A stretch of 64,000 nucleotides of DNA from Phycisphaerales bacterium (GCA_965227775.1 OZ245777.1:1984001-2048000); one strand, 5' to 3'. Counted from the stretch's first letter, positions 29,875-40,115 are shown. Program-made: numbers and translations. Notes: generated from the sequence alone by a model not told the origin.

Positions 29875-31458
29875 CTACCCGAGCTGCATCGTCATCAAGA
29901 ACTCCGCATTGGTCTTGGTCTTCTTGAGGCGGTTGAGGATTAACTCCATGCCCTCAACGACGTTCATGTCGCTCAAGACCTTGCGGAGCTTGTAGGTCAA
30001 CTCCAGCTCCTTGGGGTCGAGCAGGAGTTCTTCGCGGCGGGTGCCGCTGGAGCCGACATCGATGGCGGGCCACACGCGCTTCTCGACGAGCTTGCGGTCG
30101 AGGTGCAGCTCGCTGTTGCCCGTGCCCTTGAACTCCTCGAAGATGACCTCGTCCATCTTGGAACCCGTCTCGACGAGCGCGGTGCCGATGATGGTCAGGC
30201 TGCCGCCGTCCTCGATGGCGCGGGCGGCGCCGAAGAACTTCTTGGGGCGCTGCAGCGCGTTGGCATCGATACCGCCGGACATGATCTTGCCCGAGTGGGG
30301 CTGCTCGGCGTTGTATGCGCGCGCCATGCGGGTAATCGAGTCGAGCAGGATGACGACGTCGTCGCCGAACTCGACCATGCGCTTGGCCTTCTCGATGACC
30401 ATGTCGCACACCTGCACGTGGCGGGTGGCGGGCTCGTCGAAGGTGCTGGCCACGACCTCGACGTCGTCGCTCGTGTTGCGCCGGAAGTCGGTGACCTCTT
30501 CGGGCCGCTCATCGACGAGTAGCACGATGATCTTGACTTTTGGATGGTTCGTCGTGATGGCCTGGGTGATCTTCTGCATCAGCACCGTCTTGCCCGTGCG
30601 CGGCGGGGCGACGATGAGGGCGCGCTGGCCCTTGCCGATCGGAGCGACCAGGTCCATGATGCGGGTTTCGACGGTCTCGGGCCCGGTCTCGAGGTTGAAG
30701 CGCTCCTCGGGGTGCAGGGGCGTGAGGTCCTCATATTGCTTGAGCCTGTGGGCAGCGGCGGGCTCGCGGCCGTTGACCTCATCCACACGCAGCAGCGCAA
30801 AGTAGCGTTCGCTCTCGCGCGGCGGGCGGATCAGGCCGCGGACGACCATGCCCTTGCGCAGGCCGAATCGGCGGATCTGGCTCGGGCTGACGTAGATGTC
30901 GTCGGGGCCGGGTAGGTAGCTCTGCTCTGCTGAGCGGAGGAAGCCGAAGCCGTCGGACATGATCTCCAGGGTGCCATCGCCAACGAGCAGGCCCTGGCTG
31001 GCGGCGCGGAGCTTCAGGAGCTTGAAGATGAGGTCCTGCTTGGTCAGGCCCTCGTAGTCCTCCAGGCCGTCCTTCTTGGCGAGCTTCTGGAGCTTCTCCA
31101 GGTCCATCTTCTGGAGGTCGCTGATGCTTAGGGCTTCCTTGAGCGCCTTGGGGTCGGCCTTGGCGGCGATCTTCTCGATCTCCGCCGCCTCGCGCTCGAG
31201 CTCGTCGTCGCTGGGCAGGCCGTGGTCGAATCCGCCCGACGAGCCACCCTTGCGTTTGCGACGCTTGCGCCGGCCTCCACCTTCGGTGTTGTCGCGGCGA
31301 CCCCCAGAGCGCGAACGGGGCCGGTCGCTTCCGCCGCTCGAGCCGATCTCGCGCTCTCGCGACTCGGCAGTTGCGGTCGAGGTGCTTTCATCGCGCTTCT
31401 CTTCGCTTTTCGCTTCGCGCTGGGTCTCGCGCTTCTCGGCGGGCGTGGTCTTCGCCAT
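29875..31458 (-). CDS. rho: Transcription termination factor Rho with N-terminal low-complexity extension
   Basis: [64 protein letters not shown] before ATG 31458. Confidence 0.98.
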   Translation of the reverse strand: MAKTTPAEKRETQREAKSEEKRDESTSTATAESREREIGSSGGSDRPRSRSGGRRDNTEGGGRRKRRKRKGGSSGGFDHGLPSDDELEREAAEIEKIAAKADPKALKEALSISDLQKMDLEKLQKLAKKDGLEDYEGLTKQDLIFKLLKLRAASQGLLVGDGTLEIMSDGFGFLRSAEQSYLPGPDDIYVSPSQIRRFGLRKGMVVRGLIRPPRESERYFALLRVDEVNGREPAAAHRLKQYEDLTPLHPEERFNLETGPETVETRIMDLVAPIGKGQRALIVAPPRTGKTVLMQKITQAITTNHPKVKIIVLLVDERPEEVTDFRRNTSDDVEVVASTFDEPATRHVQVCDMVIEKAKRMVEFGDDVVILLDSITRMARAYNAEQPHSGKIMSGGIDANALQRPKKFFGAARAIEDGGSLTIIGTALVETGSKMDEVIFEEFKGTGNSELHLDRKLVEKRVWPAIDVGSSGTRREELLLDPKELELTYKLRKVLSDMNVVEGMELILNRLKKTKTNAEFLMTMQLG

Positions 31459-31740
31459 GGCGTCCTCGCAGGATGTGAAGGCAGGATGGGGTGCGGAAAT
31501 CGAGTCCGGGCGTGGGCGGCGTTGCCACTCGCGGCAACACGGGCCGGCGTGAAACCGGCGTTCGACCACGGCTGCGTGCCAATCGGTGGCCTGACAACGG
31601 CCAACTAACGCGGGGCGGGGCGACGCAACGCGTGCCCGACGAATCGCCCGGATTGGCAAGGGAAAGGGTCGCCGCGGCTCGCGTGACTAATGAGACCATA
31701 GTCATCACTCGCGGGCCGGGCAAACGCCCAGATTTGTCGC

Positions 31741-32361
31741 TTACGGCTTGCCCAGGCCTTCGCGGATGGCTTCGACGGCCGCCCGAACTCGGGCCCGCAG
31801 GGCGTCCAGATCGCCGTCGTTCTCGACCACCTGGTGGCTCCGCCGCCGCTTCTCGTCGAGCGGCATCTGGGCAGCCTCGCGGCGGGTGAGCTCCGCCTCG
31901 GTCCAGCCCCGGCCCTCGACGACCCGCTCCAGCCGGACCGCCCTGGGCGTGTCGACGAAGATCACCGCGTCGCACTCGGCATCGACGCCGGCCTCGAACA
32001 GCAGCGGCGCGTCGACGACCACGCCCGATGCGCCGCGTGCCCTGGCCGTCTCGACCAACTTCGCGCGTTCCTCGTGCAACCGAGGGTGGACGATCTGCTC
32101 GAGCGTCCGCCGCCGAGCCTCGTCGCCGAAGACCGCGTCGGCAATGGCCCTGCGGTCGGGCTTGCCGCTCGCATCCAGCACGCCCCGGCCGAACGCTTGC
32201 ACGAGTTCCTCGACGACCTCGGGCCGCTCGAGCACGGCGCGCGCGCCGGCGTCCGAGTCGCTCACCACGAAGCCCAGCTCACCAAGAGCGGCGGCGACGG
32301 CGCTCTTGCCGCTTCCGATGCCGCCTGCCAAGCCGAGAATGAGGAAGCCATCGCTCGCCAT
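31741..32361 (-). CDS. coaE: Dephospho-CoA kinase
   Basis: GLAGGIGSGKS, LEQIVHP, DAPLLFE, REAAQMPL. Confidence 0.95.
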   Translation of the reverse strand: MASDGFLILGLAGGIGSGKSAVAAALGELGFVVSDSDAGARAVLERPEVVEELVQAFGRGVLDASGKPDRRAIADAVFGDEARRRTLEQIVHPRLHEERAKLVETARARGASGVVVDAPLLFEAGVDAECDAVIFVDTPRAVRLERVVEGRGWTEAELTRREAAQMPLDEKRRRSHQVVENDGDLDALRARVRAAVEAIREGLGKP

Positions 32362-32646
32362 GGGGAATACTTGACCCGTCGCGATGGCTGGGGATCATTC
32401 TTTCCCGTCTTTTCTTGGAGGCGGGCCAAAAGGAACCTTGCGATGCTGGCGCTGCACACATCACGACTCGCCCTGGCCTATCGGCCGGCGTCGTTCGTGC
32501 ACGCTCGAGATTGGCGTCCTGCGGTTCGTCGCCTCGCCGTTGGCTGAGGTCCGAATTCTTTCATTCATCTCGAACCGATTTGTTCCATCCTTTGTGATGC
32601 CGCGTGCGCATTCGTGTCGAGCGCTCGCGCGGTGGGAGTGTGCACC

Positions 32647-33126
32647 ATGACGTACCAGTTCGAAGAATCCAGCGAGCGGCGGCGGGAGCAGCGAAGCCAA
32701 GCGCTGCCGCATTCCAGCCTGCACCAGCAGCCCGGCCTGGCGCGGCGCCTGGCGCCCGAAGACGTCGCGCCGGGCCAGTATGCCTGCGTGCTCGTGCGGC
32801 ACGAGGTCTACCACCGCTTCGACTGCGAGCAGGAGCGCTTCGTGGGCCACCGCGTGCGCGAGCTGCCCGAGCTCGATAGCGAGGGCGATGAGCAGGCCGG
32901 CGGGCGGGCGGGCCAGCCGCTGCGCGTGCTCTGGGTGTGCCTGCCGTTCGTGGTCGTGCGGGCGGTTGGTGTGCCGCGGGCGACAGAGGACTCGGCCCCG
33001 CGTCGCGTGCGCACGCTCGACCTGCGACAGGTCGAGCTGGCCGAGGTCGATGCCGCATACGCGCGGGCGTTCGCCGCGGCTGCGCGGCCGGCGCGACCGC
33101 CGCCGGATGGCTCGGGCCCGGCCTAG
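32647..33126 (+). CDS. Hypothetical protein
   Basis: ORF with strong GC3 bias; GGGAG before ATG 32647; LRVLWVCLPFVVV..RTLDLRQVELA. Confidence 0.6.
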   Translation: MTYQFEESSERRREQRSQALPHSSLHQQPGLARRLAPEDVAPGQYACVLVRHEVYHRFDCEQERFVGHRVRELPELDSEGDEQAGGRAGQPLRVLWVCLPFVVVRAVGVPRATEDSAPRRVRTLDLRQVELAEVDAAYARAFAAAARPARPPPDGSGPA

Positions 33127-33301
33127 GTCGGTGGTCCTCATCAGGCCCCGTGGCCGTGAAGATTTGATAAACACGCAACCACGGAACAAAGGCCGGCCGG
33201 CGCGTGCTCTATCCTGGGGCACGCGGCGGCCGGCCTGCGTCCGTTCGGTGGGCGTCGGCGCCGGCGTGAGACGTGCGAGCTTGCAGAACAGGAGAACCAC
33301 G

Positions 33302-33781
33302 ATGCCAACCTCGACCACCCTGCGCACCGCTATTGCCACCGGCTTGCTGGCCGCCTCACTCACGCTCACGGCCTGCGCCATTACCGCGTCGGGCGACACC
33401 GCGAGCATGAGCCGCGCCGACAAGCAGAGCCTGGCGAGCACTGCCAATGGTGCAGAGGTTGTCGCCGTGATGATGACCGCCGACTGGTGTGGCCCCTGCA
33501 AGCAGTTGGAGCCCAAGTTCCAGGAGGCCCTGACCGACCTGCCGTACAACAGCGTCCGCGTGATCGTGGCCGACTACACCGACCGCCGCGACCCGGCTGC
33601 GACGCAGACGCTGGCGGACGCGGGCCTCTCGGGCCTGGGTGAGAGCAACGGCGGCACGACCGGGCTTATCTACCTGCTGGATGCCGACACAGGCGCCGTC
33701 CTCGGCCAGATCACCGGCGGCGGCGCGAGCACCGCGCAGATCCGCCAGACGATGCAGGACGCGATCGCGCAAGCGAGCTGA
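33302..33781 (+). CDS. Thioredoxin-fold lipoprotein
   Basis: AGGAG RBS, lipobox LTAC, active site WCGPC. Confidence 0.85.
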   Translation: MPTSTTLRTAIATGLLAASLTLTACAITASGDTASMSRADKQSLASTANGAEVVAVMMTADWCGPCKQLEPKFQEALTDLPYNSVRVIVADYTDRRDPAATQTLADAGLSGLGESNGGTTGLIYLLDADTGAVLGQITGGGASTAQIRQTMQDAIAQAS

Positions 33782-33818
33782 GCGAGCGACGTGTCCAATC
33801 CGCACTGAGTAGACGCAC

Positions 33819-33856
33819 AGGCCGGCCACCAACTCGGGTGAAGCCGGCCTTCTTGC
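33819..33856 (+). terminator. Putative intrinsic terminator
   Basis: AGGCCGGC...GCCGGCCT stem followed by TCTT after the thioredoxin gene. Confidence 0.4.
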
Positions 33857-33901
33857 CTTGTAATGTGCAGCATTTTCTGGGTTTCGTGGTACACTCGAGC
33901 G

Positions 33902-36436
33902 ATGCCGCACACGCCGAGATGCAGTTCCAGTATTCGCGGCGCCGCCCTCCGGTCGCTCGCGGCTGCGTGCATCCTCGCGGTCGCGGGCTCGCCCGTGATG
34001 GCGCAAGAGACTGTCAAGTGGATCCGGACCTTCGCTGGCGACTATGACGTTGCGGGCAACTGGTTCCCGGCCGTCGTGCCGGGCCCGATGGATACCGCCG
34101 TGCTTGGCGTGCTCCGGCCGGATCGCGGGTACGAGGTCAGGATCGATCAGGACGCCGCGGTCGGCTGGCTGGCGTTCGAGAACCCGCTGGCGGAGGTCAA
34201 GATCGAAGAGGGCGCGACCTTCACTGTTGGTCGGGTGACCGGGCGTGGGCGGCTGATCGTCTCGGACTCGGCTGACGTCTCCATCTCTCGGCTTCGGCTG
34301 GGGGACGGCGCCACCGTAGAAGCCGACATCAATATGAACCGGGAGTTTTCGACCATCGAGCGAGCGGGCTCGGGCGACGCTCCTGTGTTCGGTGCTGACA
34401 CATCGATCCGAGGCCAGGGCTTTCTGATTGGAGACTTCGTCGTCCTCGGTGATATCGAGGCTCGATTTGGGCGGATCGGATTCCAGCGCGGAACGACGAC
34501 GCTGGGCCCCGATTCGATCGTCCACGCCGTGCCCGGCGGCGTGTACAGGGTGGCGTCCAACGGCCGGGTCTCGGGCGGCACGTGGCTGGCGGGCTTGGGT
34601 GACGAGGCCGGCGTGTTCGACGGCGACGGAACCGGTGGCATCGCCGATACGAGGCTTGAGGGCGAGTGGGGCTTCGAACCCGGCGATGGAATCTTCCTCG
34701 CCGGTGACATCTCTGGTCCGGGCAATCTCATCGTGCACCGAGACCCTACGGCCGGGTTCACCACCCTGGGGATCGAGACGGGAGCCACGATCGGCGTGGA
34801 CATCTTCCTCAGCACAAGCCCGTTTCCACCAAGCCGCGCCAGCATCGCGAGCGTGGGTGACGGCGATCCTGCGATCTTCCTTCCCGACACGACGATCTCT
34901 GGCAACGGCGCGCTGCACGGGGCTTTCGAGATGCAGGGTCGCGTCGAGGTCGTTGGTGATGGAGCGGTGATCGAGTTCTCAAGCGGCAGGTTGTCGGCGA
35001 CGCCGGACGCGGCATTCGTGGTCGATGCAGGACAATTCGTGTTCCGAGATAGCTCGTTGACCGGCGGCAGGATCGAGGCCAGCAACGACGGCCTTGTCTT
35101 CCTGGATAACTCCACCGTCGAGGGTGCTGTTTTGTCGGGAACCGACGGCGCTGTGGTCAGGGGCTTTGGCACGACGGGTGGTTCGCTCGTCGATTGCACG
35201 ATCGAGGGCGACTGGCAGGTCAACGATGGAGCCGGAATCGGGCTGGGCGGCGTGTTCGATGGGCCGGGCACGCTCACGCTCGGTCGATCCTCGCCGACAT
35301 CGACCACGAACGCGGGTGTCGCCAGCGGCGCTCTGATCGAAGCACGCATCCGGCTGGCCACCAACGGCGCCCTTCTGTCCGCAGATCCAGCGGCCGCAGC
35401 ACCCACGCTCGGTCCGAACAGCGTCGTGAGCGGCCGTGGCCGGATCTCGGGCGGTTTCGTGATCCAGAGCGACATCGTGGCCGAGGGCGGCAGGCTGGCG
35501 CTCACAGAGGGAGACTTCGCACTCGAGCCGGGTGTCACCATGCGCGCCCTCTCCGGAGCTTCGCTGGCCGTGTTGGACGATGCACGCGTGACCGGTGGCA
35601 CGTGGGACGGCGGCTCGGGCACCAACCTAGCCGGCGATGGCTTCGGCACGATTGTCGACGGGCGCTTCGAGGGGCGATGGCGCTTCGGCAGCATTCGCCT
35701 CGCCGGTCACGCAACGGGCACGGGCACGCTGGCTGCCCCCGCGCCCGGCCGGATCCCCGTCGAGACCGACACGACGCTCGATGTGCACCTGATTCTCGAA
35801 GCCGCGCCCGACGAGCGCTCGTCGGTCGTGCTCTCGCGTCTGCCCGGCGGCGGCACGGCCACGATCGGCGTTGATGGCATTCTCAGCGGCAATGGCCTGA
35901 TCGTCGGCAACTTCACGATCGCCGGCACGCTGCGCCCGGGGCTCGATGGTGAGGACGAGGGCGTGCTCGACCCGCGGGCCGGCACGCTGACGCTGACCGA
36001 GACCGCGCGCGTCGAGATCCGCGCCGCTGGCCCGGCCGACGACCAGCACGGGCGCATCGCCGGCACGGGCGATATCGAGCTCGCCGGCACGCTCTCGCTC
36101 AACTTTGCTGACGGCTACACGCCGGGCCCGCACGACGTCTTCGAGGTCGTGCGCATGCGCGGGTCGCTGGGCACCTTCGACGACATCAGCGTGCAAGCCG
36201 TGCCGGGCCTCGAGCCCATCGGCCCACCGCATGCTGTGTACGACGATGGCTCGGTGCGCCTCGTGCTGTGCGCCGCCGACCGCGACGGCGACGGCGAGCT
36301 GACGGCGTTCGACCTGCTGGCCTACATGAACCAGTTCGCCGACGGCGATCCGCAGGCCGACCTGGACGCCGACGGCGAGCTGACCGTGTTCGACTTCCTC
36401 GCGTTCCAGAACAAGTTCCAGGCGGGCTGCGAGTAG
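33902..36436 (+). CDS. Secreted Gly-rich beta-helix / autotransporter-passenger-like protein with C-terminal GC-type dockerin
   Basis: Signal peptide (SPVMA-QE), W..AGNW start motif, repeated ISGxGxxxG strands, IAGTLRPG, LAGTLSL; terminal CAADRDGDGELTAFD..ADLDADGELTVFDFLAFQNKFQAGCE. Confidence 0.8.
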   Translation: MPHTPRCSSSIRGAALRSLAAACILAVAGSPVMAQETVKWIRTFAGDYDVAGNWFPAVVPGPMDTAVLGVLRPDRGYEVRIDQDAAVGWLAFENPLAEVKIEEGATFTVGRVTGRGRLIVSDSADVSISRLRLGDGATVEADINMNREFSTIERAGSGDAPVFGADTSIRGQGFLIGDFVVLGDIEARFGRIGFQRGTTTLGPDSIVHAVPGGVYRVASNGRVSGGTWLAGLGDEAGVFDGDGTGGIADTRLEGEWGFEPGDGIFLAGDISGPGNLIVHRDPTAGFTTLGIETGATIGVDIFLSTSPFPPSRASIASVGDGDPAIFLPDTTISGNGALHGAFEMQGRVEVVGDGAVIEFSSGRLSATPDAAFVVDAGQFVFRDSSLTGGRIEASNDGLVFLDNSTVEGAVLSGTDGAVVRGFGTTGGSLVDCTIEGDWQVNDGAGIGLGGVFDGPGTLTLGRSSPTSTTNAGVASGALIEARIRLATNGALLSADPAAAAPTLGPNSVVSGRGRISGGFVIQSDIVAEGGRLALTEGDFALEPGVTMRALSGASLAVLDDARVTGGTWDGGSGTNLAGDGFGTIVDGRFEGRWRFGSIRLAGHATGTGTLAAPAPGRIPVETDTTLDVHLILEAAPDERSSVVLSRLPGGGTATIGVDGILSGNGLIVGNFTIAGTLRPGLDGEDEGVLDPRAGTLTLTETARVEIRAAGPADDQHGRIAGTGDIELAGTLSLNFADGYTPGPHDVFEVVRMRGSLGTFDDISVQAVPGLEPIGPPHAVYDDGSVRLVLCAADRDGDGELTAFDLLAYMNQFADGDPQADLDADGELTVFDFLAFQNKFQAGCE

Positions 36437-36487
36437 AAGGAGCGATGCGGAACCTGCAAGCTCCAATCGCAACCCTGCGATCGCGGC

Positions 36488-37354
36488 TCAGAACGGTCCG
36501 GCGCTGCTAGGCGGGTTCGGGTGAGCGACCGCGACCCCGGGAGCCGCCGCCCCACACTCCGGGCACGCGGCCTCAGCGTCGAGCCCGCCTCGGTCGTACC
36601 CGCACGCGGCACACCGCCCGCGCCGCCGACGCAGAGCGCGACGGATGACGCCCGGCGTGCGCCATGCGATGAACAGCAGCAGGGCGTAGAACCCCGTGTT
36701 GATCGCGAAGCCGGGCCAGAGGGGGAACAGGGGTAGGGCGAAGCGGTCGAGGGGACTGGGGCGGGTGCCCAGCCGAACGAATCGAGTCTGCGGAGCGAGC
36801 GGCGTGGAAGTCAGGTCGATCCCGCCACGAAGCGACAGGGCTGGTGTGCGCGTGGTCGAGTGCTGGGCGGCGGCGGGCTTGAACACACCAATGAAACACC
36901 CGTGCTGCAGGGCCGCGGCGGGCCAGCCCGTCCGAAAGTGGGCAAGTTGTTCTAAGGCAATCAGCGACCGCACCTCGCCCGATTCGAACTCGGGCAGTTC
37001 TTCGGCGGAGGTCAGCATGTCCCACTCGCGAGCGTGCCAACCCCACGCGCGACGTTCCGCCCATACCCAGACGCTTGCGCGCATCGGCGGATCCTCACGC
37101 ATGCTCTTCGGAACGACCCGGTGGACCCGCCAGGGATATTGGAGAAGATCGACTTCGGCCATCGGATCCGGATCCGGCACCACGATGTCGGTCGACCACA
37201 GGTCCGGACCGGTGCGCCACAGGACGTACGCGTCGTGCTGCCCATGCGCCTGCCATGCGTACCGGGCATGGATCGCCCACGACGAGAGCACCGTCGCGAC
37301 CGCCCCCAGCAGGGCGAACACGAGCAGCGTGCGGATGGCGCGGCCCCAACGCAT
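36488..37354 (-). CDS. Array paralogue 1: TM, variable domain, TM, Arg run, zinc ribbon
   Basis: MRWGRAIRTLLVFALLGAV..SSWAIHA; GWP; DRFALPLFPLWPGFAINT.FY; RRRRGRCAACGYDRGGLDAEAACPECG. Confidence 0.85.
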   Translation of the reverse strand: MRWGRAIRTLLVFALLGAVATVLSSWAIHARYAWQAHGQHDAYVLWRTGPDLWSTDIVVPDPDPMAEVDLLQYPWRVHRVVPKSMREDPPMRASVWVWAERRAWGWHAREWDMLTSAEELPEFESGEVRSLIALEQLAHFRTGWPAAALQHGCFIGVFKPAAAQHSTTRTPALSLRGGIDLTSTPLAPQTRFVRLGTRPSPLDRFALPLFPLWPGFAINTGFYALLLFIAWRTPGVIRRALRRRRGRCAACGYDRGGLDAEAACPECGAAAPGVAVAHPNPPSSAGPF

Positions 37355-37363
37355 CGCGAGAGC

Positions 37364-38173
37364 CTACGTCGCGGCGGCGGGCGCGGTTGCCACGCGAGCG
37401 TCTACGCCAGCCCCGCACTCCGGGCACGCCGCGCCGGCATCCAGCCCATCGCGGCTATACCCGCACCCAACACACCGCCCACGCCGCCGACGCAGCGTGC
37501 GACGGACGACGCCCGGCGTACGCAACGCGCCGAACAGCAGCAGGGCGTAAAAGGCGGTGTTGATTGCGAAGCCGGGCCAGAGGGGGAGCAGGGGGAGGGC
37601 GAAGCGGTCGAGGGGGTTTGAGTTCAAGGGGGCGGCGCTTGCCGGTTGATGGCGTCGATCGATCCATGGCAGCACCTGGGCGCCGCCATGCAGTGAAAGG
37701 GCCGGGGTGTGGCTGCGTTGTTGGGTCGCGTCAGGAGCGACGAAGAACGCAGTGTATGAGCCGACAGAGAACGCCGGAAGGGGCCACCCGGAGTCGAGTA
37801 GCAGGAGTTTCTCTTGGCCCATGTTGAATCGCTCGTCCGGATCTCGCCTGGTCCCGATCTCCACGTAGCGGCCACTCCATCCCACGCCTTGTTGCCAGCC
37901 AAGCACCATGTATTGCGGCTCTGCTGAGGCCGCCCAGGCGTGGCCGGAAGGAAGCCGGCGCAGGACGGTCCAACGCTCATCGCTTGGACGAGCGTCCGCT
38001 TGTGACTGCAGACCATCGCGGGAATCGGCGCGTTGCCACTCCTTCAGCGGATAGAGACCGCTCAGCAGCGGCCATCCGTGCACCGCGTGGATCGCCCACG
38101 ACGAGAGCACCGTCGTAACCGCCCCCAGCAGGGCGAACACGAGCAGCGTGCGGATGGCCCGGCCCCAACGCAT
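37364..38173 (-). CDS. Array paralogue 2: TM, variable domain, TM, Arg run, zinc ribbon
   Basis: Same termini as paralogue 1; CVGCGYSRDGLDAGAACPECG. Confidence 0.85.
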   Translation of the reverse strand: MRWGRAIRTLLVFALLGAVTTVLSSWAIHAVHGWPLLSGLYPLKEWQRADSRDGLQSQADARPSDERWTVLRRLPSGHAWAASAEPQYMVLGWQQGVGWSGRYVEIGTRRDPDERFNMGQEKLLLLDSGWPLPAFSVGSYTAFFVAPDATQQRSHTPALSLHGGAQVLPWIDRRHQPASAAPLNSNPLDRFALPLLPLWPGFAINTAFYALLLFGALRTPGVVRRTLRRRRGRCVGCGYSRDGLDAGAACPECGAGVDARVATAPAAAT

Positions 38174-38182
38174 TGCAAGAGC

Positions 38183-38989
38183 CTACGTCGCAGCGGCGGG
38201 CGCGGTTGCCACGCAAGCGCCCGCCCCCGCTCCGCACTCCGGGCACGCCGCGCCGCCGTCGAGCCCGCCTCGGTCGTACCCGCACGCGGCACACCGCCCA
38301 CGCCGCCGCAGCGTGCGACAAACGATGCCCGGCTATCGCCACGCGATGCACAGCAGCAGGGCGTAGAAGGCGGTGTTGATGAAGAAGCCGGGCCAGACGG
38401 GCAGCAGGGGGAGAGCGAAGCGGTCGAAGGGGTTGTGGGGGTTGGGTGGCCGCGAGGCGGAACGGCTCGAACCGTGCACCCACGGGATGAACTGCACGCC
38501 ACCGTGCAGCGAGATAGGGGGGGTGAGCGTGTGCGCTTGAACTGCTTGCCTGTCTCCAAAGGTTCCGGCATATGTGCTGTGCTGTATCGAAGGAATCGGG
38601 AAACCGCTTTGCAGCATGCCAAGTCCCTCATAGGTCGCAACGTGCGGGCCGGCCCCGAACCGAGCCGTTGTCAGACGCTGCGTGTACACGCGCCAGCCCC
38701 AGGCGGAAAGGCGACGAGGCTGAGAGAACTCAACGACGTTTGGATTCGACCAAGCCGCATCGATGGGTTGCTGCCGGTGTGGCGACCATGCATCCGGCGA
38801 GGCCTGTTCGCGCCCGTTCCAGAACGGTGTATCCGGCAGTTGAACCGTGTCCCAGTCGTCCACTGGCTGCAAGCCCCGACTCACGCGCCACGCCTGCACC
38901 GCATGGATCGCCCAGGACGAGAGCACCGTCGCCACCGTCCCCAGCAGCACGAACACGAGCAGCGTGCGGATGAATCGGCCCAAACGCAT
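38183..38989 (-). pseudogene. Array paralogue 3, interrupted by an in-frame TAG at 38333-38335
   Basis: Frame continues past the TAG: IAWR*PGIVCRTLRRRGRCAACGYDRGGLDGGAACPECG...VATAPAAAT* (stop 38183-38185); paralogues have ACG (Thr) at that codon. Confidence 0.8.
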
Positions 38990-39082
38990 CGTCAGAGCCT
39001 ACGTCGCTGTGCCGGGCGCGGTTGCCACGATGGCCAGCCCACGAGCGTCGCACGGCGGGCCGACGGCCCGCTACCGTCCCCC

Positions 39083-39773
39083 ATGCGCCACCGCCGCGAA
39101 GCGAAGACGACGCGCCGCCCCCGCGTGATCACGTGGCGGCTCGTGATCGTGTCGCTGGTGGTGGGGGTGGTGCTGGCGGTGGGGAGCGTGCCGTTCGCGG
39201 CGGTTGCATGGCAATCGGCTAAGAACGTAAAGCAAGGGCCCGATCTTGCAGCGTGTTTCCAACGCGAAGGGCACGGAGTCCTGGTCACGCGCTACGACTA
39301 CGTCGGGGCGACGACATGGGGCTCATTGAGCGCGCCCGGGGTTGATGATGCCACGCTTAACTATTTTGCGGGACGCGGAAGCCATGTCGGTGGACTCAGA
39401 TCCCAGGCCGCGTGGGCTTTGTACGCCTCTTGATGATCGAATTCGCAGCATCTCCAGCTTCCGATTTGGCTGGCCGCTACGAGGCGCCCACTACGCCCAC
39501 CGGAATGCCTTGAATCCTCACAACTACGACACGAGCGGCGAGTTGCTTGTGACCGCGCGTGGTCGAGACTGGGCCATCCCGTACCTTCCCCTTTGGCCCG
39601 GGCTGCTGGGCAACACGCTCTTCTACGCGATCCTCGCGCTCATCCCGCTTTCGCTGCTCCGCCGTCGCAAACTGCGCCGCCGCGCGCGACGTGGTCTGTG
39701 CCTCGAGTGCGCGTACGAGCTAGGCGAGTGCGTCAGCGCGTGCCCCGAGTGCGGTTTGGGAAGAGTGGTGTGA
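39083..39773 (+). pseudogene. Divergent-strand family member with a +1 frameshift near 39392
   Basis: Frame 1 MRHRREAK..RVITWRLVIVSLVVGVVLAVGSVP..SHVG joins frame 2 DSDPRPRGL..GWPLR..LPLWPGLLGN..CLECAYELGECVSACPECG; intact paralogue 40918 reads RVGEADPRPRG. Confidence 0.8.
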
Positions 39774-39779
39774 CGCTGA

Positions 39780-40115
39780 TCAGGACTGCAGGAACGGCAT
39801 GAACGCCGAGCACAACACGACGAGGATGCTGGCGAGCGCGAGCAGGGCGGGGAGCGCGAGCAGCGCTCGCCTGCGCGACGGCAGCATCGCCCAGACCAGG
39901 AACGCCACGGCATCGAGCAGCACCAGCGCGATGACCACCATGCCCGCGACGACGAGGTTGCCCATCTGCTCGGGCCAGTCGGCGATCTGCGTGAGTTCCA
40001 GCAGCAGGTACTGAGCGGGCACTACTAGCGCGACGAGCCCCACGCTGGCGAACCGGGCCTTGCACGCCCACGACGGATGAGCCGGCGGGGCGTCTTGTGG
40101 CGGCGGGGTGTCCAT
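39780..40115 (-). CDS. Small 3-TM membrane protein
   Basis: MDTPPPQDAPP followed by three hydrophobic helices; TACGGT 5 nt before ATG. Confidence 0.6.
   Translation of the reverse strand: MDTPPPQDAPPAHPSWACKARFASVGLVALVVPAQYLLLELTQIADWPEQMGNLVVAGMVVIALVLLDAVAFLVWAMLPSRRRALLALPALLALASILVVLCSAFMPFLQS

Larger units (their letters stand above)
36540..39030 (-). repeat. Three tandem units of about 815-850 bp with conserved ends
   Basis: 37269-37354 vs 38088-38173 differ at 3 of 86 nt; junction motif AGAGCCTACGTCGC..GGGCGCGGTTGCCACG recurs at about 37359, 38178 and 38994. Confidence 0.85.

Noticed and set aside
32570..32586. LexA/SOS box (GAAC-N6-GTTC) upstream of 32647
   Set aside because: Spacing does not fit GAAC-N4-GTTC or other boxes I can support; single occurrence
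38333..38335. Genome-wide TAG recoding or pyrrolysine
   Set aside because: TAG is used as a normal stop in many genes here (xth, rho, pdhB, dockerin genes); no pyl genes visible
37355..39030. CRISPR array from the recurring junction motif
   Set aside because: Repeats are about 815 bp apart and separated by coding sequence; no cas genes
38033..39082. 5' part of the 466-aa plus-strand ORF 38033..39433
   Set aside because: Antisense to array copy 3; the real start is ATG 39083 by homology to 40918
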